This document shows, piece by piece, positions 25,104-32,000 of a DNA stretch of 32,000 bases (its first letter is position 1; each line of letters starts with the position of its first letter). The notes beneath the pieces were generated by a model. It made no database searches. It saw only the letters and a list, made by a program, of their open reading frames with translations, and was not told the DNA's origin. This stretch comes from Akkermansia muciniphila ATCC BAA-835 (GTDB taxonomy: Bacteria > Verrucomicrobiota > Verrucomicrobiia > Verrucomicrobiales > Akkermansiaceae). The stretch spans positions 930,001 through 962,000 of the forward strand of contig NC_010655.1 in NCBI RefSeq assembly GCF_000020225.1. The letters are read 5' to 3'. A program made the position numbers and the translations under genes.

Positions 25104-26989
25104 TGAACTCCTCCTCTTCTTCCGTTTTTCCCCTGTTTGACGTTCTCGTCGTCGGCGCCGGGCACGCAGGCATTGAGGCGGCACTGGCAGCATCCCGTCT
25201 GGGGTGTTCCGTCGCCGTCCTAACTCATAACCTGGATACTATCGGACAAATGTCCTGCAATCCGGCTATTGGGGGACTTGCCAAAGGGCATATCGTCCGG
25301 GAAATAGATGCCATGGGGGGAGCGATGGGGTTGAACACGGATGCTACCGCCATTCAATTCCGGATGCTGAACGCTTCCAAGGGGCCCAGCGTGCGCGCTC
25401 CCCGCGCCCAGTGCGATAAAACAGCCTACCGCACAAGAATGAAAATGGTTCTGGAAACCGCCCCCGGCATACGCCTGTTTCAGGGAGATGTGGTCAAACT
25501 GCTCGTCAATGGAGAACAGCAGGCAACGGGAGCCGTTACTTCTCTGGGCTGCGCCATCCATGCCCGCAGCGTGATTATCTGCTCCGGGACATTCATGAAG
25601 GGATTGCTTCATGTGGGCCTTCAACACATAACAGGAGGCCGAATGGGTTGCGCTTCTTCCAGCCTTTCCGCCGATCTTGCCATGCTGGGTTTTCAGGTGG
25701 AAAGGCTTAAAACAGGAACTTCTCCCCGCGTCAATGGAAGATCCATCGACTTTTCCGTCTGCGAAATACAGCCCGGAGACGCTCCGGAAGCCCTGTTCAG
25801 CTACCGTTCCCGTGATATACTGAAACGTGATTCCGAACCCTTTTGCACTTTGAACACGTGGGGAGATGAAAATTTCCGGATGAAGCAAATGCCGTGCTGG
25901 ATCACCTACACCAACCAGACTACGCACGACATTATCCGGAAGAACTTAAAATTCAGCCCCCTTTACAGCGGTATCATTGAAGGCGTAGGCCCCCGGTATT
26001 GTCCTTCCATAGAAGATAAAATCGTGCGCTTTGCGGAAAAAAACAGCCATCAGGTATTCCTGGAACCGGAAGGCCGCAGTACGGAGGAATTCTACCTTAA
26101 CGGAGTTTCTACTTCACTGCCCTACTCCGCTCAGTGCGACTTCATCCATACCATTCCCGGCCTGGAAAACGCACAGCTGATCCGTCCGGGATATGCGGTG
26201 GAATACGACTTCTGTCCTCCCACGCAATTGCATCCTACGCTGGAAACAAAACTGGTGGAAAACCTGTACTTTGCAGGTCAAATCAACGGTACTTCCGGCT
26301 ATGAAGAAGCCGCAGCGCAAGGACTAATGGCGGGAGCGAACGCCGCTCTGAAAACCCTGGGCAAACCTTCTCTGGTGCTGCGCCGGGATCAGGCTTACAT
26401 CGGCGTCATGATAGACGACCTTGTTACCAAAGGAACCGATGAACCTTACCGCATGTTTACCAGCCGGGCAGAATTCCGCCTGTTGCTGCGTCAGGATAAT
26501 GCAGACCTGCGGTTGGCCCCTCTGGCTTTTGAAGCGGGCCTTATTACCTGTGAAATGGCCCGGAAGGCTGAAGACAGGAAAAACGCCGTTGAAGAAGGAA
26601 TAATAAAAGCTGCCGCGCTTAAACATGAAGGAGTTTCTCTCTCCACATGGCTTAAAAGGCCCGGCAATGACTGGACTCTATTGCCTGAAGAACTGAAAAA
26701 AATGTTCCACGTGGAACATTTGGATGCCATTGCTACGGATATCCAGTACGAAGGGCATATTGAAAGGCAGAAAAAACAGGCGGAAAAAATCATACGGATG
26801 GAAAATAAAACTATTCCCTCCGATATTGATTACAAACATGTCCATGCCTTAAAAAAAGAGGCTGTCATCAAGCTGGGCAACATACGTCCTGCAACTATCG
26901 GGCAGGCCTCCCGCATTCCTGGAATTACCCCGGCAGATATCGCCCTGTTGCTTGTGCATCTGCAAAAACGCAGCAGGCAACAAACATAA
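25103..26989 (+). CDS. mnmG: tRNA uridine 5-carboxymethylaminomethyl modification enzyme MnmG (GidA)
   Basis: [23 protein letters not shown] is the FAD-binding motif. [35 protein letters not shown] and [18 protein letters not shown] follow in a 628-aa protein. Confidence 0.97.
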   Translation: MNSSSSSVFPLFDVLVVGAGHAGIEAALAASRLGCSVAVLTHNLDTIGQMSCNPAIGGLAKGHIVREIDAMGGAMGLNTDATAIQFRMLNASKGPSVRAPRAQCDKTAYRTRMKMVLETAPGIRLFQGDVVKLLVNGEQQATGAVTSLGCAIHARSVIICSGTFMKGLLHVGLQHITGGRMGCASSSLSADLAMLGFQVERLKTGTSPRVNGRSIDFSVCEIQPGDAPEALFSYRSRDILKRDSEPFCTLNTWGDENFRMKQMPCWITYTNQTTHDIIRKNLKFSPLYSGIIEGVGPRYCPSIEDKIVRFAEKNSHQVFLEPEGRSTEEFYLNGVSTSLPYSAQCDFIHTIPGLENAQLIRPGYAVEYDFCPPTQLHPTLETKLVENLYFAGQINGTSGYEEAAAQGLMAGANAALKTLGKPSLVLRRDQAYIGVMIDDLVTKGTDEPYRMFTSRAEFRLLLRQDNADLRLAPLAFEAGLITCEMARKAEDRKNAVEEGIIKAAALKHEGVSLSTWLKRPGNDWTLLPEELKKMFHVEHLDAIATDIQYEGHIERQKKQAEKIIRMENKTIPSDIDYKHVHALKKEAVIKLGNIRPATIGQASRIPGITPADIALLLVHLQKRSRQQT

Positions 26990-27015
26990 TACCCCGCGTT
27001 TTTTATTCAAAAATT

Positions 27016-27297
27016 TCAATTTAAGGAAGACCATAGGAGGCGGGTATTGGAAAAATAAATATGACAGGGACATCCTTGAGCCGTATATGATCCCATTATA
27101 TTTCCCTGTCGCCATTGCCTGGAGTCGATAAAAAGATTCAATACTGTTTTCTGAATGTCTTTTTGCGCGACAGCAGCTCTTCCCTTCCTCCGAACAACCA
27201 CCACTTTCTGCTTGTCGTAAAAAGAAATGGAATATCCCTTCAGTATTATTGAATACCGACCTTTCTGATTTATCCATTGAAAATCATTAAGAAGCAT
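27016..27297 (-). CDS. possible 93-aa hypothetical ORF in an AT-rich spacer
   Basis: The open frame reads MLLNDFQWINQKGRYSIILKGYSISFYDKQKVVVVRRKGRAAVAQKDIQ... I see no recognisable domain and no clear RBS. Composition differs from neighbouring genes, and it may be a chance ORF. Confidence 0.2.
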   Translation of the reverse strand: MLLNDFQWINQKGRYSIILKGYSISFYDKQKVVVVRRKGRAAVAQKDIQKTVLNLFIDSRQWRQGNIMGSYTAQGCPCHIYFSNTRLLWSSLN

Positions 27298-27475
27298 CAC
27301 CCGATTTTTTCACGTATTTCATTCAAATACTGCCGATAAGAAAAAACAGCATTAAGCTTACTCCAAGGGGCAAGGGAGGCCGGAAGGGCTGAATGACAAA
27401 TCCACCGGGCTAATGAAAATTACCTTCCCAAGTTTAAAATTCTTCGGATAACCAATAAACAAAAGACCTTATCCA

Positions 27476-28546
27476 TTACCGGTAACAGATATCTCCCCGG
27501 ATACATACATCACCTCCAAAAATATTTACAACAGGTTGTTCAAGATGGGCTTCATGCTCCAGAAACGGACCGGGCGCTACGCCGTCCGCACCGCCGCCGA
27601 TAATGATGGGAGCATAAAACCCCACCCACTCGTCGACTAAACCGGCTTTCAGAAATTCCCGGACCAGACAGCCTCCCGCTTCCAGCAGGATAGTTCCTAT
27701 TTTTTTATCATTATATAATTTTTTTAATAATTCCAAATAACTAAAAACATTCTCCACAACCAAAGTGCGGTCACGAAATTCATCTGTTAAACAAATGGAA
27801 TCCGCAGGTATGGAAGAGGCATCATGGGTTAGAATAATACGCCAGGGTTGTTCCTTAAGGGGAGAAACAGGACGATCCGGTTTCCTAATGGTCAGAGACG
27901 GATTGTCCAGACGCACGGTATTCCCTCCGGTAAGAACCGCATCGCATTCGGCACGCAGGGTATGTACAAAAGATCTGGATTTTTCATTCGTCAGCCATTG
28001 GGAACGTTCCGGACTACGGGAAATGCGGCCATCCAGAGACATGGCGCTTTTTGCAATTACCCAGGGACGCCCTTCCAGCATGTTCACTCTGAACCTCCTG
28101 ATTAAACGATCACATTCCTTCTCCAGAACCCCGCGGGTAACCTTGATGCCGGCCTGTTCAAGAATATCAGCCGCAGCGCCGCGGTGTTTGGGATTAGGAT
28201 CTTCCGAACCATAAACTACCCGTTTGAAACGATATTTCAAAATGGCATCCGTACAAGGCGGTGTTTTCCCGGAAGTACTGCATGGTTCCAGAGTAACATA
28301 CAAAGTTGAGTCCGCGAACAGGGGGGCATTGCCATTCGCCACTCCGTCGGCAATGGCCTCTCTTTCCGCATGAGGCAAGCCGGCTTTTTTATGAAATCCC
28401 GAACCAATCACCTGGTTTTCATGCACAATGACTGCCCCCACGCAGGGATTCGGACTCGTAAGTCCAATTCCATTTGAGGCCAGTTTTATGGCCATGTTCA
28501 TCCAACAGTCATCCTGATTTTTCGTATTCACGCCGTTTTGTAGCAT
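27476..28546 (-). CDS. ribD: bifunctional riboflavin biosynthesis protein RibD (pyrimidine deaminase and uracil reductase)
   Basis: The deaminase zinc motifs are HAEREA and EPCSTSGKTPPC. The N-terminus reads WMNMAIKLASNGIGLTSPNPCVGAVIV. The C-terminal reductase domain includes RPWVIAKSAMSLDGRI. The ORF is open to 28570, and I prefer the ATG at 28546. Confidence 0.93.
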   Translation of the reverse strand: MLQNGVNTKNQDDCWMNMAIKLASNGIGLTSPNPCVGAVIVHENQVIGSGFHKKAGLPHAEREAIADGVANGNAPLFADSTLYVTLEPCSTSGKTPPCTDAILKYRFKRVVYGSEDPNPKHRGAAADILEQAGIKVTRGVLEKECDRLIRRFRVNMLEGRPWVIAKSAMSLDGRISRSPERSQWLTNEKSRSFVHTLRAECDAVLTGGNTVRLDNPSLTIRKPDRPVSPLKEQPWRIILTHDASSIPADSICLTDEFRDRTLVVENVFSYLELLKKLYNDKKIGTILLEAGGCLVREFLKAGLVDEWVGFYAPIIIGGGADGVAPGPFLEHEAHLEQPVVNIFGGDVCIRGDICYR

Positions 28547-28636
28547 GAAAACCGGAAGAAGGACAATCACGTTGTGTGATTGAAGAATATTAGGTTTAAC
28601 AATATTAAATTCCTTCTTCTTCTACTGTGTGCCTAG

Positions 28637-28645
28637 TGTGAATAA
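28637..28645 (-). promoter_or_regulatory. DnaA box (TTATTCACA on the minus strand)
   Basis: The plus strand reads tgtgaataa, a 9/9 match to TGTGNATAA, the complement of TTATNCACA. Confidence 0.5.
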
Positions 28646-28714
28646 GATTTTAAGTGGTTGTAAAAGAGAGTATTGAGTATCATTTCAAATGTTAATAAAT
28701 TTGGCCTGCAAATT

Positions 28715-28723
28715 TGTGGATAA
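28715..28723 (-). promoter_or_regulatory. DnaA box, perfect TTATCCACA on the minus strand
   Basis: The plus strand reads tgtggataa, the exact reverse complement of the canonical TTATCCACA. Confidence 0.6.
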
Positions 28724-28725
28724 TA

Positions 28726-28734
28726 TCTGAATAA
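28726..28734 (-). promoter_or_regulatory. DnaA-box-like 9-mer (8/9)
   Basis: The plus strand reads tctgaataa, with one mismatch to TGTGNATAA. It sits 2 nt from the perfect box. Confidence 0.35.
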
Positions 28735-28735
28735 G

Positions 28736-28744
28736 TTATTCACA
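28736..28744 (+). promoter_or_regulatory. DnaA box (TTATTCACA)
   Basis: The plus strand reads ttattcaca, a 9/9 match to TTATNCACA. It is convergent with the boxes at 28715-28734. Confidence 0.5.
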
Positions 28745-28801
28745 TCATACTCACAGTTAATCAACCTAGCCTTTCACAAGGTTATTGGCAGGTGCGGCTG
28801 T

Positions 28802-28821
28802 AAACAGAAACGGCATTCCTG
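28802..28821 (+). repeat. 20-nt direct repeat, copy 1 (aaacagaaacggcattcctg)
   Basis: It is identical to 30715-30734. Similarity continues imperfectly for about 13 more nt (cttgcagaaaac versus ttggaaagaaaac). It contains the imperfect dyad CAGAAA-N5-TTCCTG. Confidence 0.9.
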
Positions 28822-28822
28822 C

Positions 28823-29764
28823 TTGCAGAAAACCCGGAGGAAAGCATACCATCCTTTTGTGAAGGCTGCCAGATTGATTTACATTCCGGAGAGGGATCAT
28901 ACTTTTCCCGCTACAAGCCCTGAAAGGCCCTTCTACGGCTTTTCCGTGGCTGGAATGAATATAGCCGCTTACTGTGCTTCCCGCCTTCGGGAAGTGGGCT
29001 TTGAAGCGGTTTTTGACCCGGGAACGCCGGTTTCAGAAGAAAAAGGAGAAATCATAGAAGTGTCCATGCATGATTTTTCCCCGGAGGCGGCCATATGGCT
29101 TGCCTTTTGCGGGGCAGGGGAAGCAAGGAGTGAAGAAGGGCATTTGCTGGCCCGGAAAAGCGGGGAAAACGGGTTGACGCGGGTATTCACGCGGAAGGAA
29201 GCAGCGATAGAGCGCCTCGTTTATCCCTGGGATCTTCTGGAATGGCAGGAAAGAGTGATGGAGAAGATGGAGTGGGAGGATTTCTCCGGAAGGGAAGGGG
29301 TTTATGTCATGGGAACGCTCCGGGTAGGGGAAGGAACCGTCATCATGCCCGGCGTGGTTGTAGAGGGAGCCGTGTGGGCGGGTGATGGCTGCCGCATAGG
29401 GCCTAATTGCTATTTAAGGGGTTGTGTATCTTTGGGGAATGGCTGTGTAGTAGGGCAGGGAGTGGAGCTGAAAAATTGTATCATCGGCAACGGCACATTT
29501 ATTCCTCATTTGAGTTATGCGGGGGATTCCATTATTGGCAGTGACGTTAATTTCGGCGCCGGAACGGTATGTTCCAATTTTCGCCATGATGGCGGCGAAC
29601 ACAGAATGGTGGCGGGAGGAAAGCTGGAATTTACTGGAAGAAACAAGCTTGGCGCCGTCATTGGAGACCATGTTCGGCTGGGTGCCAATACCGTCGTTTT
29701 GCCGGGGCGGGTTCTTCCTCCCGGTGCTTGGACCAGACCGGGGGAAGTCTTCACGGGGGCATGA
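28823..29764 (+). CDS. sugar-nucleotidyltransferase-like protein with a left-handed beta-helix (hexapeptide repeat) domain, GlmU C-terminal-like
   Basis: The C-terminal half is hexapeptide repeats (GEGTVIMPGVVVEGAVWAGDGCRIGPNCYLRGCVSLGNGCVVGQGVELKNCIIGNGTFIPHLSYAGDSIIGSDVNFGAGT...GDHVRLGANTVVLPG). The N-terminal part (RLIYIPERDHTFPATSPERPFYGFSVAG) resembles the degenerate NTP_transf_4-type domain. The start is uncertain: TTG at 28823, or GTG at 28859. Confidence 0.7.
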   Translation: MQKTRRKAYHPFVKAARLIYIPERDHTFPATSPERPFYGFSVAGMNIAAYCASRLREVGFEAVFDPGTPVSEEKGEIIEVSMHDFSPEAAIWLAFCGAGEARSEEGHLLARKSGENGLTRVFTRKEAAIERLVYPWDLLEWQERVMEKMEWEDFSGREGVYVMGTLRVGEGTVIMPGVVVEGAVWAGDGCRIGPNCYLRGCVSLGNGCVVGQGVELKNCIIGNGTFIPHLSYAGDSIIGSDVNFGAGTVCSNFRHDGGEHRMVAGGKLEFTGRNKLGAVIGDHVRLGANTVVLPGRVLPPGAWTRPGEVFTGA

Positions 29765-29792
29765 ATCGGGTAAAGGAATTCTCTTAATACTG

Positions 29793-29836
29793 AAAAGGCC
29801 GCATGCGGAAAAACGTCTTCCCGCATGCGGCCTTTG
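29793..29836. terminator. bidirectional rho-independent terminator between convergent genes
   Basis: A perfect 13-bp stem pairs aggccgcatgcgg (29796-29808) with ccgcatgcggcct (29821-29833). It is flanked by aaaa on the left and ttt on the right. It lies between the stops at 29764 (+) and 29856 (-). Confidence 0.8.
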
Positions 29837-29855
29837 GCGAATGGTTAAAGTTGCT

Positions 29856-30584
29856 TCAGCAGCACCGGCGGCGGCGCATCATCAGGGCAGCCAGCCCCAA
29901 CAGGCCCAGGGAAGCTGTGGCTGCTTCCGGCACAGGAAGCACAACGCCGTCATAAAATTTGATGTTGTTGATATCCATAGTGCCGTTCATGGGGCGGGTA
30001 TTTCCAAAAGAAGCTCCAAACTGGGAGCCTGTCAGGGCAGGGGAGGATGGATTCCACTCGGTAATCGTACCTGCCAGAGCGCCGTTGACATACACGGAAA
30101 GCGTTTGGGAGGAAAGATCGGAAACGATGCTCAGATTAGTCCAGCTGTCCTGCTGGAGATCCGTCCAGGTCAATCCCGTATTGATATTTCCGCCAGTTTG
30201 GCCGCCGAACCCCTTATTGTAGAGGTATAGTTCTCCGTTATTAGTGAATTCCAGCACCATGCTGTTGGATTCTCCGGAGACCGTTCCATTGGTGTACAGG
30301 CTGAAAATGTCTTTCCACCCATTGCTGGTGGAACTCAGGTTTTTCAGGTCAAAGCTCACGGTGAAACTGTCTTGGATGCCCGTTATGTTTGAGTTATAGG
30401 GAGTGCCGGAACTGCTGCCGAACGTGGCGTAATCATTGCCGGAAGTGTAATTGAAGGAACCGTTCCAGTTGGGGGCGGTTATTTGTGCTCCTTCCGCAGT
30501 CCATTCCCAGGAATAGATAGGGGTAGCCGCCTGGGCCATGCCTGCCGCTGCCAGTAAAGATAAAATAATAAATGAGCGTTTCAC
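29856..30584 (-). CDS. PEP-CTERM-anchored secreted protein with a LamG/concanavalin-like lectin fold
   Basis: It has a signal peptide (MKRSFIILSLLAAAGMAQA). The body is Ser/Thr/Asn/Gly-rich and beta-type (LSVYVNGALAGTITEW is typical of Laminin_G_3). The C-terminal sorting signal is PVPEAATASLGLLGLAALMMRRRRCC: a PEP-like motif, a TM helix and an Arg cluster. Confidence 0.85.
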   Translation of the reverse strand: MKRSFIILSLLAAAGMAQAATPIYSWEWTAEGAQITAPNWNGSFNYTSGNDYATFGSSSGTPYNSNITGIQDSFTVSFDLKNLSSTSNGWKDIFSLYTNGTVSGESNSMVLEFTNNGELYLYNKGFGGQTGGNINTGLTWTDLQQDSWTNLSIVSDLSSQTLSVYVNGALAGTITEWNPSSPALTGSQFGASFGNTRPMNGTMDINNIKFYDGVVLPVPEAATASLGLLGLAALMMRRRRCC

Positions 30585-30628
30585 GGAAATTCTGAAATAT
30601 GGGTTAAAATCAATCCGATAGGAGGGTA

Positions 30629-30645
30629 GCGGATTATAAATCCGG
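30629..30645 (+). repeat. 17-nt inverted repeat, left arm (gcggattataaatccgg)
   Basis: It is the exact reverse complement of 30796-30812. It is itself a near-palindrome (cggatt-ata-aatccg). It lies 45 nt upstream of the PEP-CTERM gene ATG. Confidence 0.9.
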
Positions 30646-30714
30646 GGTCAAATTATTTTTCTGAAAACAAATCATTTAACGGAAAAAAGATTACGGAGAA
30701 GATAAAAGAAGAGA

Positions 30715-30734
30715 AAACAGAAACGGCATTCCTG
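30715..30734 (+). repeat. 20-nt direct repeat, copy 2 (aaacagaaacggcattcctg)
   Basis: It is identical to 28802-28821. It lies roughly midway between the two 17-nt inverted-repeat arms, and about 300 nt upstream of dnaN. Confidence 0.9.
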
Positions 30735-30795
30735 TTGGAAAGAAAACGTACATTTTCAATAAAATTGCCGCATCCTGGGAAAAAAGAGACAATAT

Positions 30796-30812
30796 CCGGA
30801 TTTATAATCCGC
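30796..30812 (-). repeat. 17-nt inverted repeat, right arm (ccggatttataatccgc on the plus strand)
   Basis: It is the exact reverse complement of 30629-30645. The centre-to-centre spacing is 167 bp. Confidence 0.9.
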
Positions 30813-31034
30813 ACAAGGATATTGAAGAAATCTGATTCCCCGGAATGGATTTTTAAGAATGCTTAAATAATTTGAAAAACCTTTTCATGCAAGATATGCC
30901 CAGAGAAATTGCATATTACTATATATAGTATGCTTTTAAAAAAATACTGCCAAATATTAGGGTTTGACGGAGAAATGGCTTGAACCATGAAAGGCACTTA
31001 TGAGAAGATGCGAGGCAGATAAAAGCACAGACAC

Positions 31035-32000
31035 ATGAAGTTTACCATTTCCAAGCAAGTATTTCTCGACGGGCTGAGACAGGTTGCCAGCGTTGTGTCT
31101 TCCAAGACGACGCTGCCCATTCTTTCCAACGTCAAGATTGAAGCTGAAAACGGCCAGGTACGTTTTACGGCTACTGATCTTGATGTATGTATTACTGGCG
31201 TGGTTCCCGCAAATGTGCTGCGTGAAGGCACCGTGACCCTGCCCGCTAAAAAGCTGGTGAGCATTATCAGCGAACTTCCTGAAGCCGAAGTCCAGGTGGA
31301 TGTCAACCAACGCAACCAGGCTGCTGTGGAATGTGGCCGCTCTCAGTTTAAACTGAACGGCCTTCCGGCGGATGAATTTCCGGAACTGCCGTCTTTTGAG
31401 CAGGCTACTGTGTACCAGGTGGAGCAGAATATGTTGCGCGACTGTATCCGCCGGACGGAATATGCCATTTCCACGGATACGACCCGCTACGTGTTGAACG
31501 GCATTTCCCTTTCTTTCCGCAATGGTAAAATGACTTTGGTAGCCACGGACGGACGTCGTTTGGCTTTGGCGGAAACCGCCCTGGAATTTCCGGAAGAACA
31601 GCAACTGGATGCCATCCTGCCCACTAAGGCTGTCGGAGAACTCCGCCGCCTTCTGGATGAAGTGGGAACCGTCACGATCCGGTTCACACGCAACCAGGCA
31701 GCCTTTGAAATCAACGATACGCTCTTAATCAGCAAACTGATTGACGGCAATTACCCGAACTACCGGCAGGTAATTCCTACGGATTGCAAGGAAAGTATCG
31801 AACTTCCCTGCGGGGAACTGCTGGAGACAGTGCGCCGTGTTTCTCTCCTTTCCGTGGATAAGAGCACAAATATCAAGCTGAATTTTCGTGAAAACGAACT
31901 GGAAGTGGCTTCCAGCGCAGAAGGAGTGGGCGAAGCTCATGAATCGATGACGATCACTTATTCCGGAAGGCCGCTTTCCATTTCCTTTAATCCGGATTTC
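31035..32000 (+). CDS. dnaN: DNA polymerase III beta subunit (sliding clamp); the 3' end runs off the window and the gene is absent from the supplied ORF track
   Basis: Hand translation from the ATG at 31035 gives MKFTISKQVFLDGLRQVASVVSSKTTLPILSNVKIEAENGQVRFTATDLDV...MTLVATDGRRLA...LIDGNYPNYRQVIP...LSISFNPDF. The frame stays open for 322 codons to the window edge. Confidence 0.95.
   Translation, partial: MKFTISKQVFLDGLRQVASVVSSKTTLPILSNVKIEAENGQVRFTATDLDVCITGVVPANVLREGTVTLPAKKLVSIISELPEAEVQVDVNQRNQAAVECGRSQFKLNGLPADEFPELPSFEQATVYQVEQNMLRDCIRRTEYAISTDTTRYVLNGISLSFRNGKMTLVATDGRRLALAETALEFPEEQQLDAILPTKAVGELRRLLDEVGTVTIRFTRNQAAFEINDTLLISKLIDGNYPNYRQVIPTDCKESIELPCGELLETVRRVSLLSVDKSTNIKLNFRENELEVASSAEGVGEAHESMTITYSGRPLSISFNPDF

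Larger units (their letters stand above)
28571..28822. other. candidate chromosomal replication origin (oriC): AT-rich spacer with a DnaA-box cluster
   Basis: G+C is about 33% by hand count over 28571-28800 (76 of 230), while the flanking genes look clearly GC-richer by eye. The spacer holds three 9-mers matching TTATNCACA and one 8/9 match. dnaN starts 2.2 kb to the right. Genes to the left are predominantly on the minus strand. Confidence 0.5.

Noticed and set aside
28571-28822. An FMN (RFN) riboswitch upstream of ribD.
   Set aside because: I looked for the conserved RFN core (GGGCAGGGTGAAATTCCC and GTCAGCAGATCTGGT-like segments) on the minus strand. The spacer has nothing resembling it. 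It is AT-rich and carries DnaA boxes instead.
30629-30812. Calling the 184-bp unit bounded by 17-nt inverted repeats a MITE or mobile element.
   Set aside because: I see no target-site duplication at the flanks (left flank ...agggta, right flank acaagg...). There is no transposase in the window and no second copy in 32 kb. It is kept as a finding but not annotated as a mobile element.
30957-31604. A 215-aa minus-strand ORF, with neighbours at 30998-31315, 31487-31750 and 31725-31940.
   Set aside because: They are antisense shadows of dnaN, whose plus-strand translation is textbook sliding clamp.
1-32000. A scan for tRNA or rRNA genes, CRISPR arrays, IS elements or transposases, integrases, toxin-antitoxin pairs and defence-system genes.
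   Set aside because: I found no T-loop-type GGTTCGAATCC-like motifs in intergenic DNA, no regularly spaced repeats, and no transposase, integrase or nuclease-like ORFs. The window reads as core chromosome.

Overview
The window is a chromosomal, mostly housekeeping segment. Gene content suggests a Verrucomicrobiota (Akkermansia-like) genome, but that taxon call is recollection-based inference, not a search result. I support about 24 protein genes.

- **Minus-strand genes:** a radical SAM/SPASM gene cut by the left edge, a secreted protein with an internal duplication, a TIGR04073-like exosortase-associated protein, gpsA, plsY, a PP2C phosphatase, lysS, a cupin, a discoidin plus DUF4091/GH123-like glycosidase, hisF, hrpA, ilvN, an HtrA/DegP protease, ribD and a PEP-CTERM lectin-fold protein.
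- **Plus-strand genes:** nifJ (PFOR), an HxlR regulator, trkH/trkA, holA overlapping mnmG, a hexapeptide-repeat sugar-nucleotidyltransferase-like gene, and dnaN cut by the right edge.
- **ORF track limits:** both edge genes are missing from the supplied track and were found by hand translation. Most other track ORFs are codon-aligned antisense shadows of real genes.
- **Not found:** I saw no tRNA, rRNA, CRISPR array, transposase or obvious defence or mobile system.
- **Best lead:** a candidate replication origin in a roughly 33% G+C spacer at 28571-28822, about 2.2 kb upstream of dnaN. It holds three consensus DnaA boxes and one near-consensus box.
- **Repeat structure near it:** a 20-nt direct repeat brackets the two genes lying between that spacer and dnaN. 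A perfect 17-nt inverted-repeat pair surrounds the second repeat copy.
- **Everything else** is modest: start-site corrections, orphaned pathway genes, unassigned spacers and two weak small ORFs.
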